Below are positions 12,292 to 24,559 of a stretch of 64,000 nt of DNA, in pieces. The stretch covers positions 19,468,001 to 19,532,000 of the forward strand of contig CM060733.1 of assembly GCA_030704615.1 (NCBI GenBank), in the 5' to 3' direction. This stretch comes from Takakia lepidozioides. Taxonomy: Eukaryota; Plantae; Bryophyta. The position numbers were made by a program, and so were the translations under genes. The notes below the pieces were generated by a model. The model had not been told where the DNA came from and did not search any database. It was given only the letters and a program-made list of their open reading frames with translations. How positions within the stretch are numbered: the stretch's first letter is position 1; every line of letters begins with the position of its first letter.

Positions 12292-14545
12292 AGACCAGCA
12301 CAATTCGTCAGCATGCAGGGAGATGTATATTCTTTGTAGGATCATGTTGATGAGGTTGTGTCCCAAGGTTGGGTCGGGAGACTGTAGGTTGCCTCAAGAA
12401 CACAATCAAATGTGTGATGTCCATTGCACACTTGTGCCAAGAGCTTGAAGATCACATTCTCAATATTGAGACCATCTTAAGAGTAATTTGTGTTGTGCCC
12501 CACTCCCAGGGGTCGACTTCGGTAAAGATTGATGAGTTAAGAAATTGAGTGGGACATTGCGAGTACGCATGTTTGATGCATACTAGTGAGTCTGCTGGAT
12601 TGTGCTACTTTGTGGTGCTAGTTGTGTAATTTTTGTCAGGAGTCATGGAGGTACCACTACCTTGCAATTTGCAATGGCCATTGGAATACAACATTCACTG
12701 ATTTGCTAAACTATCTCTGGTGGAAATCAAAGAGACACCTTGGGATGTCCCAGAAAACCAACTGTGAGAAGCAATGTAGAGCATTTGTTGTGCTGTTTTG
12801 TTGCATTACTACTCTACCAAGCATGTGGGTTGTTAGGAAGCAAGAAACTATGCCAGAGTCTCCATGGGCGAAACTTCAGTTTTGTTGTTGATGGCACTGT
12901 GATCTTGGTCACAGGGGAATGAAAGTGGATAGATTGTGCAAGTATTGTGGGCAGACACGCACCAAGGTAAGATATGTAGCTCTTTGGGATTTTTTTTGGG
13001 CCTTGGTTGTTGGAGCTATGGATGTTCCTTAGTGCCCTCCAGCCTCTCCCACACTTCACTTCACTCAGGCTATGTAGAGGAAGGTGAGTGTAGGCGTTTT
13101 TCCCTCGATTACCTGCTTTTTCTATCATGTGTAACATCTGAAGCATTTGGTGTGAGTGAGTGTCTGTTTGAGAAAATGTACTCAAAAGACGTTGTCTGCC
13201 ATAGCCTGGTGGTCTATGGCACAGAATCCTTGCAATAGCAATTTGAGTTCAAAACTGCCATCCACCCTAAGAGATGGACAAGGGGAAGACACTTCTACAC
13301 ATTGTTATGATGCAGATCCAGACACAAAGGAAGTTACTGATAACCACCCCAGGATCTACTTGTGGGATTTCTACCCATGGTATTGTAGCTGAACCTGGAG
13401 ACGCCATAATGCTCAACTGAGGCCACCAATAGAAATTCACTGTCACTTCTACTGCTGCCTCTCATCCGAAGTGTGCAGTCTAATTGGCAATGTCAATCGC
13501 TTTAGAAGAGAGGTTCAGTTTCTCACACTCCAGACATGAGCAGCGCACATACAATATTGATAGATTGTCAAGACTTTATTTAGCCGCCGTTGCAATCTGC
13601 CATTACCTTCACTATAATGCTTCTTGTAGTACACAGTCTGCTCATGTGATGGCAAACATTTGGACACTCATCTCTCTCAGGCAGCATCATAATTCATTGC
13701 ATATTGCTTGACCTTCTATCCTGGCGAGTAGATCTGCTTTCACGGTGTCAGTTACCTTGCGGATGTTTGTTGTGTGAATGAGGCAGAGAAAGAACCCAGA
13801 CTACCTTTCAGAAATCTCTTCAAAGCTACTTTAGCAAAAGTTCTTATGCTTCTGCAAAGAATGCATTTGGGAGGAGTTCTTCTCAGATGCTTCACAATGT
13901 TGTGCAGCAGGTTTGATAAGGTGAGGATATCTTCACTTAGGATGTGCAAGGGTTTACAATGTACTCATAAGACTTCATTTGCCGTAGGCTTGTGGCCATA
14001 GACCCTGCACCCAGTTTGGACGGGAACAGAGGGAATAGACACTACCTTTGTGAGGGGCTCACTCCAGTAGTGGGACTTACCTTGATATAAACAATTAGTT
14101 CAGGCTCTCCAGATATCCCCTAGAAAAACCCTTCACACAAGCATCAATCTGCTGTGTGTGAGCAGCATGGTTTTCTATTGACTGGATTGTATCTCCAGTT
14201 GCTTAAACCATTGTTGGTCTTCCTGACAAAGTATGAGAGTTTCTATGTGACTCATGATATAGTTCAGGGAGTATAGGTGACCAATTTGAACAATACGAAA
14301 AGCACCAAAAGCACCTCATACTGTCAGTGTGTTGTGTTGTTTGAACGCAGGTTGTTCACAAACAACTTCTGTTATTTGAAAGATGCTTGTAGCTATGGTG
14401 GTGGTATCCTTGTTTGAGTGTGGCTGTAATTGATGCTACAGCTGTCTGGTTACCTGTTATGCTTTCCACAGAGAAGTCCAACATCACCTGACTTCACACA
14501 TAAGTGCACAAACCAGGTCAAACTGGTTTCCCAAAGTAAAGAATG

Positions 14546-17500
14546 CTAGTTGAGGCCCAGGATGAAGGCATTAGAGAATGTAGGAAGATCCAGCACCTTG
14601 TTTCTGGGAGTGAGAGGCTGCCTGAATGGGTTCACTTGCACCTGCTCAACAAAAGCCACATGATGAGTGACACATGGAAAATAAGTGCCTAGGGACCATA
14701 GCAGTTTTCAATGAAAATAGCAGTAAGAGAATTCTTATCTTGACTGGGAAAGCGACCTACTAGGCCATGGATGTACACAAGCAAAGCACACACCTTACCA
14801 TTGTGAACCACTGACAATTTCACTTAAGTCAGCAAACATAAATACCTTTGGAACATGTTGTAGAACCAAAATGAAATAGGTCATACAAAGGCAGCAAGTT
14901 GCCAGAAACACCAACAAAAATTCGCAGAGGTGAGAACTGTAAAGGGGCACACAGAGAGAATTACAGGAAACGTAAGTCGTTCTGCATGAGCGAGGGCAAT
15001 TGACTGCGCTGCCAAGATTGCTGCCTCTTCGCAATAATCTGTGAAGAATGCTGGCACTCTCATCCTCCCTAAGAGGTCCTGAGAACAAATGTCAGCCAAA
15101 ACAATATTTTAAAACTACAAGCAGCAACTTCTTCTGTTGGATTCATCATAATGACATGGCTCAGTGCAATGGGATCACCACGACACTGGGCGTTGAACAC
15201 TGGGATGCACATACACTTGTCATTCTCTATTAGTAGTCTAGACGCATTAAGAAGCTTTAGTGATAACCACCCAAAGCCTCTTCTGCAAATTTTAGACACT
15301 CAATTTTAAACTTCAAGCAACGGACCTAGTTCCACACTTCCACTGGATTTGGGTGCACTTCCAACTAATTATTGTGCATCCAACCTCACAAAGGAGTCGT
15401 TGAAGAGCTGCATTCCTGCTCGGGTCTAGGCAGCTAGAGTGGAAAGTTTGAAAAATAAAGAAGAGAATGCTGCAGACTCTAATCTTAGAGTAAATGACAT
15501 AAAGATACTCACAATGGTGGGTTGCCAGCTTGGAAACACAGCAATGCCTGCATTTGCAGCTAGAACAAAGTCTGGAGCACCATCCTGGTCCAACCAAGAC
15601 ATCCCCAAACATGCACAACTTGTTACATGACAATGCTCAATGCCTGCATTGAGCTGTGAAATTGTCTCAAGAATGTGCCTTTGTGGTGATGTCTTGTGAC
15701 TACGTGACTACTTCCGACAGTCAGGGATTCTTTGTACATCGAACATAAAGCTCCTGAACATACTTATGTTGACGGAATTGGTTTCATAAAGGAGGAAGAG
15801 CTTTTATACTTTACCAGCTCCGAGTGCCGCTCATGATAGAGACCTTTCCATGACCTCAACCAAACATGTCCATGCCCAAGACCATCCACCGAGTCTCGGC
15901 AAGGTTTTGATTTTGGCATTCTTGTTTTGCATGGACACTCGACATCCAAGCACATTGCATATCCATTAAGCTCCAACCGTTCCCCATCTCTGTACACAAA
16001 ACAACAGAAATAACGCATATTATTAGAAAGTATCAAGAAATCCTCTACACGTGTCATCTCCGAAAGGTGCCCCTGGAGAGAGGGAGAGAGATTGCTAACC
16101 CTGTGTGGGTTGGCAAGGTTTTGCTTGCCAACCTCGTGATCAAAGTTTATTGGTTTATGAAGTTTATTCTAGGATGCTGCCCCATTCCCTACTAAACAAA
16201 ACGAAAGCAAAGAGAAAGGTTCTAACCTTGAAGTAGGGACGGCAGGCCCAATAAGGTCGATATGGATTTGCACCCCTGGAAGGAGAGCTAGCAGCTCTCC
16301 AAACACAGCTAGCTGATCTAACTCTCTCTCTGGTCCTGCGGCCATTGCATCATAAGAATGGCTATCAGAATCAGAAAGATGTGGCAGAATTCATTATATT
16401 GTAGGAGACTGATAAAAAGGACACCAAGAGAGCCTTCCAGGATTTAGTATTTTTATTATTGGCAAACCATTCTAAAACAACAACAGTAAAACAAAATTGA
16501 AGATTTGAAGGGATAGAGACAGAGATAGCGAGTTACCCAGGTAGTGGACACGCAAGCTTTGCTCACGCCCAGCTGAAATAGTCGAGGAAGACCGAGATTC
16601 AAGCAGGTGCAGGACATGGTACAAAGTGAGGGGCTGCAGCCATGTGTGCACCAATTACAGATGAGAATTCATTTGGGCCTCTCTCTCTCTTCTTACCTGC
16701 AACCCAGGCATTCCCCACATGCCCCCTGTAACTTTGCTCCTTTGGATCTATGAAGAGGGACATTAGACAGCACAACTACTTATTATGGAAGCAAGAGACT
16801 TCTGGTCTAGTGTTCATTAAAATGGATGAACGTTTAATCTTAAATTAGTGTTATGAAGTGGTAAGACTAGCTAATGGTGACTAACCATTGGAGCAGTTCC
16901 AAAGAAACTCTCTCTCTCTCTTGATCATCTGGGAGCTAGCAAAATCAAGTTCATTTTGGAAGGGACTGGCATGAGCCTTCTTCAATGTTATGGTCCCATT
17001 CTACCCTCTTGTAACCCTCACACTTTACCCCTCATTTCTACTCAGCTGCAGCAAGCAAATGGCTAATCAGCAAGCACCCTTTATCACGAGGAATTGATCA
17101 AATTGAGCAAATGAAGTTGAGTGGTCACGACCTTCCCTAAACTAACTCGAGTATGTTTCCCTTTACTGATAAATGCAATGCCTGGATAATGCAGCACAAG
17201 GTTGGGAAAGAGTAGCAAGGTACATAGCCTAGAACCTACCCAATGTAGCAGTAAGGCTACCGGTGAATCGATCGGCAACTGCCGCCAACTGTAATACTCG
17301 TACCAGTCTCTCAGCGAACCCACTGAACTCGCTGGATCTGCACGCTTGTCACATAATGTGTCAGGGCGGGATGGGCTTATGGGAGGAGTAGAAAGAGAGA
17401 GAGAGAATGTGATTGAAGTAAATGAATTAGCTTTGTTCTCCTCCGAAAGGCCTCAACCCCACAATAGCTGGAAAATCACATCAATTAGGGAGATACCTGT

Positions 17501-20274
17501 ACAAGGGCACATCCTGGAAGGGAGATGCCAACCCGCACTGCCTGCATTAGGCAGTAAGATCCCTTCACGAAACTCCCCTTTGGTATTGTTGAACATGCAA
17601 TTACATCGAAAATAATGCTAACCAAACTTTCAAAGCAAAAGTCATTCTATGGCCTATGTCACTACGGGCCTTGAGTGATTAATGAGTGCCCTTAAGCTGG
17701 TTTGAATTTAGGGTTTCAGAACCTTAACCCTGCAATTTACTATTCATTTACAGAAGGCAGCCTAAGTACGATTGACGACTACATACCAAGCTTGGCCTTC
17801 AAGAGGTATCAACGTATGAACAGCGCTGCAGCTGTCAAGGCTCCCTGTTTTAATTATGCTGGTCAAGCTTCCTACGCATATAGAGAAGCCATGACTTCCT
17901 TTTCCACACGAACAGGAAGTGTCTCTCAGCCTTTACCTGTTTTTTGCAATTGCTTGCTGTGGATGCGTGCAATGACTCAAGCAGGTCTACCTCAGGCTTA
18001 CAAGGTTCTGTCCAGAGACACACCTTTACCCTTCTTGCTTAGATCTGCATGTTGGACAGCGATAGCAAGCGTGAAGACCTCTACTCACCTTGCGCATCCT
18101 CACTAACATGCATTCTGTTGGATGTGGTTTTTGGGACGGGCGCAGGTGAGGGTGCTTCGCTTTTCATGGGTCTCTAAGCTGTATGTGTAAGTTTTGCTAC
18201 CAAGTACTTTGGAAAGAAGGTGGAATCACCTGTCGCATGAAGCAACCGCTGCCTACGCAGAATGGTACAATGATGGCACATTTTTCATGCTTCTTTGAGG
18301 GAAGTATTAGACGAAAGTGATCTACGCTCGTCATGTCATACCAGAAGACTTGGAGTAATCCCAGTCTTGACACATGATCTTTGAGGAAACGCTGGTTGTG
18401 CAGTAACTTTGTTGAAAACGAATTGTCCTCGTAGAGAAGTGGTGTTCAGAAATTTACTATGACACAGATTTTCCTGTGGTTCAAGTAAGGCTGGTTTGCT
18501 GCAGTAAGGGCTAGGCTGACAATATAGGTCACAGACCTGCAGTCCACATGCCAAGCAGCACGGATTTCAGTTTTGAGGTAAACCATGTGTCACAGTACAG
18601 TGAATGAGAATACTTTTCAGTATGATGTCTTTTGTTATGAAGATACGTGGTGCTTTTTCCAACTCCCCACCACCCACCCCGATCTCCTCTCAGGAAAAAT
18701 GTGACATGCAAAAGGGTAACCTAGAGATATGGTGATGGTGCCTTGGTAACAAGGCTGTTTTTTGTCTTTGAGAAAAATGAAAAAATGATCTTGTCTGGGG
18801 CAAAGACAGATCCTTTCTTGTCATGACAAGACAAGCCCTCTCTCTCTCTCTCTCTCATATGTATAGGTCTTAACATGCTAGGTTTTCTCTCCCCCTCACC
18901 GTCACCTGCTGTGTGTCACTCTGTCATAGTTGCATGTGAGAGAAGCTGAAATCTAACATCAGTCTCAACAAAAACCAGAAGGCAAGGAGAACCCCAGGTG
19001 CCTGAGAGTGAGGCCTTGTTGGAAGCACAGTCACACTCTGCTTGCCACATGCCTTGACCATGAAGACCACGACTCTCTAGAAAGGAGCACGATGTTACAG
19101 CTCCCATATCCACCTGCAGTCACAATGAAACATGGTAAACAACATACACTAAGTGGTAATCAGATCTGTGGCAATTGTTTATACCCAAAAATTGCAATGC
19201 TGCAGAAATGAAACGATCCAAGGCGAATCTTGGCTTGCCTTGGCCTACAACCAGAGACTGTTCAGTAATCTACTTTTACTCTTGTTAAGCATATAATACA
19301 CAAAGGCAACTTGGGCACCAGGAAGTAGGGTGCACCAATTGAGTAGTTTCCGGAGTGAAAGTGAAAGGAAAGTCCTGTAGATAAGTAGCATGCTGCATCT
19401 GCTCTGCCATTCGCCTGCAAGCTTCTTCATGCTCCCGCCAATGCGCCTTCTGTAAAGACTCAGATCCAGCATTAGAGGAGAACCAACCACCTGAAGACAA
19501 ATACTTTCCACTTGCCTTGGATGGCATAGCTGTACATCTGTATGTGAAGAGACTGAACCATAGATGACACTGTTGCCCATCATTTCTACCACTTCCTTGA
19601 AACTTGATTCAATCCAGCCATGAAATGGCCATGTCCATGTTGACAAGAACATTATAGCTTCACTCTCGGTCCATGGTCAAGGCATATCTATCACCAAATT
19701 ACAAGACTGAGCAGCTTATGTGGCTAGACATGCAGGGACGGTGAGGTGTTCCCTCTTTTCCATTTTCCATTTTGCAAATTACCCTGATTGATGCCTTCCC
19801 TGGAATTTGCAAAAGGAAAGGTCCAGTCGAGAAACTGTTGGAGACTTCATCCACCGCATAAAAATCTTTTCTTTACTACGACAACGGACTACCAAACGAT
19901 TGCCAAAGTTCGGAGATACTTCGAACTATTTCCAATAAGCCTTAGACCCTGACCCTAAACCCCGAGACCAGCTTGGACATACACATTTTTCAGGCAGGCC
20001 TGGACTTTGAAGGGCTGAATTGTATTGCAACGCAAATCCCCTGCACTAACCTGTGCCCAAGAGAGAATCTTTCACTAGATAAGCTTAGTTGCTATACACT
20101 GTTTTGAACTTCAACTTGTAACCTCCGTTATGGTTGTGGTGTGCAGACGGGAACACTCACTTGGTGCTGGCGAGAGCAGTAGCGTACAGCCCCACACGAC
20201 CCACATCGCAATACTGCAGGGCCAACACAGTGACCTTTCAAGTGATTTCCTGCACACTCACTGCTTCGCGCCAT
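14546..20274 (-). CDS. ZMYND15: MYND zinc-finger protein, ZMYND15/MSS51-like plant family
   Basis: Exons (-): 20161-20274 (MARSSECAG..RCGSCGAVRYCSRQHQ), 19336-19449 (KAHWREHEEAC..DFPFTF), about 19003-19113 (GMWQAECDC), possibly 18089-18114, 17497-17541 (GWHLPSRMCPCT), 17240-17337 (DWYEYYSWRQLPIDSPVALLLHW), 16537-16633 (PLTLY..VHYLG), 16227-16335 (PERELDQLAVFGEL..IDLIGP), 15815-15989 (KGLYHE), 15513-15584 (PDFVLAANAGIAVFPSWQPTI), 14965-15078 (FTDYCEEAA), 14546-14641 (NPFRQP..FSNAFILGLN*). Splicing between 17541 and 19003 is unresolved. Confidence 0.88.
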
Positions 20275-20668
20275 CCGTCCTTCCCTCCGTGCTCCTTCGT
20301 CCTGTTAGTTCAGACCTCGAAGTGCACAGCGTGAATCTCAGAACACCTACGCTGGGCTTCGCCCATTGGAATGCATGGGTTTACATGATGTCCACAGACT
20401 GGTTCGGTGTGCTTGACATGTGGGTGTGAGGAACCTCTGGGTAGAACCCTTTCGGGGTCAGCGAGTCAAGCAGCGCCTGCCAGATGCATTCTACTTCCAT
20501 CTGGCCATTCCCCTCACCCTTTCTGGCTCTCTAGTTTGTCTTAATGCGTGACTTGAATGCAATGTTATCAACACCAATGTTGCAGGTAGAGCTGCATTCT
20601 GCTATTCGGCTGTGTACTGAATATGTTGTGGTAGGGAATTCCAAAAAGGCCTTGATGTGAAATGCATT

Positions 20669-20857
20669 GCAATTCACTTGATCACCCCCCTAAAGTGCGC
20701 AATTCAATTGAATTGCAAGGGCAATTCAATTGAACTGCTAAAACTAGCTTGAAAACAACCCTAATTTGCAATTCAATTGAATTGTCGGCACACGATTCAA
20801 TTGAATTGCGAATTGGCAATTCAATTGAATTGCTGACTACAATTCAATTGAATTGTA
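20669..20857. repeat. Cluster of about 7 copies of the 16-bp palindrome CAATTCAATTGAATTG with short variable spacers
   Basis: Exact or near-exact copies at about 20700, 20721, 20769, 20793, 20817 and 20840, with a degenerate one at about 20670. Confidence 0.9.
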
Positions 20858-22129
20858 ATCTATAATTTTTAACTTATTTTTGTATATATTATATATATGT
20901 ACATATTTAAATTATACATATATGCATACACAGGTATAAGCTAAAAAGACATGTTGCCCGTCTATTCTTGCTGTCCGTCTGTCAATCATTTGCCCGTGGT
21001 AAGGCTGGAGCCCAAGATAAGCCTAAAGGAGAGCGAGAGAGGGAGAGAGAGAGGAAGTCACAAAGCGCTTGTAAAAGCGGGATTGTCTCTCTTTGTGGAT
21101 GTTGGTGTCAATATATGGCTATGTACATATAACAAACATGATACCAATGTAAGAGCATCAACGTGTAAGAGTTTGATATATTAAACTTATATGGAACACA
21201 CATCCCAACTTCAACATGATACCTTTGTAAGGGTATCGAAACAATATTATTTTTGATAATTCTCAAGATGAACATATTTTTTGTTTTCTTTGTCATGGGC
21301 CAAATACTAGTGTTAGGGGACTACATGGTGATGCAGGGGAAGACTTTCATCAATTGTCAAGTTTGATTTTGTCTATTTCTTTCAGAGCCGGCCATGTTTC
21401 TTTTGCCAGTGAATCACTTAAGGGAGAGCTGCAGGGGCGCGGGGGATCCAGCTGCGGGGAAGCAGCGTTGCAGAGGCCGAGAGCGGGCTATATAAGGTGT
21501 TTTTTTTTTTTTTTTTTTCCTGCCTTAGCTGCATGAGATCGTTGTTGATCGAGGCAAATGAACGTATACAAGGCGGGAAAATAAAACAAAAACCCTTATA
21601 TACGTCCATTTGTCTGGATCGTAAATAGTCATAGATTTTGTCTAAGTTGGGTTTTTTTTTTTTTTTTTTTTTTTCTTAAAACATTTTAGGTCTTTACCTA
21701 CATGAGGCCATCCATGATCGATCGAGGCAAATGGATGTATACAAGGCAACCAGGGGAAAATTAATTAATTAAAATAAGTTCAACATGTTAGACTATTTGC
21801 AGGTGAGGGAAATCACAATTGTTGACGACCTTGGTAACACTACCTTCTGGAGCACTGTGTATCGTTCATATTTCTATGCAATGTAACTAGAAAAAATGAG
21901 GGTCTCCCTGTCATAATATGCACATATTCGTGGAACTGGCCGTCTATCCGCGGTAATAGGTACCAGTCTGTTATTATGGGCCCGAGAAATCGCTTGCCCA
22001 GGCTCACAAGCTCACGGGGCCAAGCTCATGTTCTAGCATTTCTCGATCTTTGCAATTTAACGCCTTCCCCCGAGAAAAAAAATAATAATAAAAAAAAACC
22101 AAATAATAAAATAAAACAATGGTATTGAA

Positions 22130-22570
22130 TGGGGAGCGGAATTTGAAGATGGATGTTAGAAGTATGGGATAGAAAGAGAGCACATTGCACCCTACTGACC
22201 CCAATGCAACGGCGTGATAGAAATGGTGATTAAATCCCTCAAACAATGCATTACGACATTAGTGATTGGGGAACAATACTGAATGAGATGCTACAATGCA
22301 TTGTTTGGATACAGGATGGGAGTGCATGCTTCAACGAGCTTCTCCCCTTATCAAGTGTTGACTGACAGAGTTCCAAGATTGGGGATGGACAACAGGCTGC
22401 ATTATTTCTGAAGCAGTGAACTTGGATGGGTCTGTTGCAGAGATGACACTTATGATGAGCAAAAGATCCAACTTCTTACAGAGATGAAGGCTGAGCTGCG
22501 GAAAAATGCAAGGAATGGGCAACATCAGCAGACAAAGGATTATGAGAAGAGACATCGTGCAAGGCACAAT
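22130..22570 (+). pseudogene. Degenerate Ty3/Gypsy integrase core fragment
   Basis: Reads FEDGC*KYGIEREHIAPY*PQCNGVIE and LFGYRMGVHASTSFSPYQVL, with stops and frameshifts. Confidence 0.7.
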
Positions 22571-22599
22571 TACTGCAAACTGGAGGAAAACAGCAAAGT

Positions 22600-24080
22600 A
22601 ATGATGCTGAAACCTTGGAAAATATTTGCTATGGAAAGAGGGACAGTATGATTTTGTAGGATACAATGACTCAGAGAATACTGCAAAAATAGGATAAGTT
22701 GGACGTCAGTGCAAGCTGAAAGACGAAGCAAGAAATGAGTGTGTAAGAAGCAGACGTGACTTAAAACCATTCATATATATCAACTGTGAGTGTTCAGCCT
22801 ATGAAGATGGTTAATGAGAACCCTGACACTTTAAAATGGAAATACACTACATATGCAGTGTGAATGCAGTGAGAGAACATTTTAACTTTGTTGTTGCTCA
22901 CTGAGTTGTATTATAGCTACAATGGAGAGATCTAGTGCCAGTATGAAAATATTTTAAATCAACCATATATGTTATTCATTCATCGAATGAATGTAGCTCA
23001 TTGTCGCCAAGGAGACAAATGGCGGGTAGTCCTTGCAGATGCTGCGAGCGATGGAATGGACAGGGGTGTGTGTAAAGGGTGACTGAGTGCATTCTGCTGG
23101 TCTTTTGATTTGCCTTAAAGCGTGACATGATTAGCAGTAATGAAGGGATGATGGAGAGACAAGGGGGATGCAGTTTGGTAATCTGTGTAGCCATCGTGCT
23201 GGCTTCTAATGCAATTCAAAAAATCTGCAATAGATTCGGATTGACTTTTAAAAAATTACAATGTCAAAATGTGGAAAACAAGAGATGATGATTCTTCAAT
23301 TGCTTTCAGTTGGAGAGCCGAAACCGCTATGTAAGACACATATTTGGGGAGAACATGAGAATGCATCGGAGCTAGAAACAATCTTACATCAAGTCCGACA
23401 TTAAAAAAAAACATGAATTTTTTGGAGAAAATAGATGCTCTTGGATGATTACTATGAAAATATCATGAAATAATATGATCAATATTGGACGGATATTCTT
23501 GAAGAACTTAACCTTGCTTGGAGGAGCCAATTGACAAAGTTCTCGAAGGATTTTGGCCAGCAACAAAATGGGTCGAGCATCACAAGAGAAAATGTGTTCA
23601 TATGCAGTCTTAAGGCGCATTGTCCAAGGAGGAATATATTGTGGAACCGAATTGTGGCCCAAAATGTGACCGTCTGAAGGTACCATTGAATCCATTTAAA
23701 GATATTCAGAAGGGGAATTTTTTATCTTTGTTCGCCCGCATGATACGGAGACTTTTCCTGTTTGGATGGGAATGATAATGTCGGATGTTGTATGAGATAG
23801 AGAAAATCGCAATTACAAAAAGATTTTTGTGGAGTGGTGGAGACCGAAGAAAGAGGGCAATCCTACGGATGCGGATAAATACAAAAATTATTGGTCCAAA
23901 AATTGGGAGTTCAACCCGATGGATCCCGCTTAATGGATTCATATTAACAATGTAGTGTGGACAATGTCACCAAGAATAAATACGACAAGAACAAATACAA
24001 AAAAGATAACCGTTCGAGAGGCGGACAATGCTAGAGCTAATTTGGAAGCATCAAGTCGTCATGTTAATGAAAACTAAAAT
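22600..24080 (+). pseudogene. Decayed coding remnant, probably of a DNA transposon ORF
   Basis: Broken but protein-like frame FVRPHDTETFPVWMG..KKIFVEWWRP..YKNYWSKNWEFNPMDP at about 23730-23980, with many stops. Family not identified. Confidence 0.4.
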
Positions 24081-24559
24081 GGTATGAATTCAGACAACTC
24101 TTCAACTTTCTTGTTTTCTTGTAATGTTTCGAACCTCAATGACTTTGAATGATGGATAAAAAAATATGTGTTATACTCAATTGTATTGTTGTTCATTATT
24201 ATAATAAAATTTAGATCACTTTTAATAAATTTTGTATGAATAAATTTTGTTAGAACACTCGTTTGGGAATTTTTTTTAAACAATGGCTTTGTACCATACC
24301 TGCCTATGTTGTCTGATGATAATTAAATCCCAAAAGAGGCTGTTGGAAAATTTAAAATTAAAGCACACCTAGTGTTGAATGTCAAGAATTCGACCCCAAG
24401 ACCTTTTCTGCAACAATCACGCATATTATGCTACACTAGCGCTTTTTTATAGTTATAATGATTAGTGTCGGAACTGCAGAAATTCCCAAAAAGCCTGCCG
24501 GACCCTTTCTTAAAGAAATATTACTTAGTCCGGCAGGGTCCTGATGAATAGCGTAGGCA

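Noticed and set aside
14912-14971. WD40-like peptide VRTVKGHTERITG on the + strand
   Set aside because: It lies antisense to an intron/exon boundary of the MYND gene, and no other WD repeats are present.
20669-20857. CRISPR array interpretation of the palindrome-spacer cluster
   Set aside because: Eukaryotic context, 16-bp repeats, irregular and very short spacers, and no cas genes.
24370-24440. tRNA-like A/B-box sequences here and at about 26195-26260 and 41390-41450
   Set aside because: No cloverleaf can be folded; at most these are degenerate SINE-like pieces within transposons.
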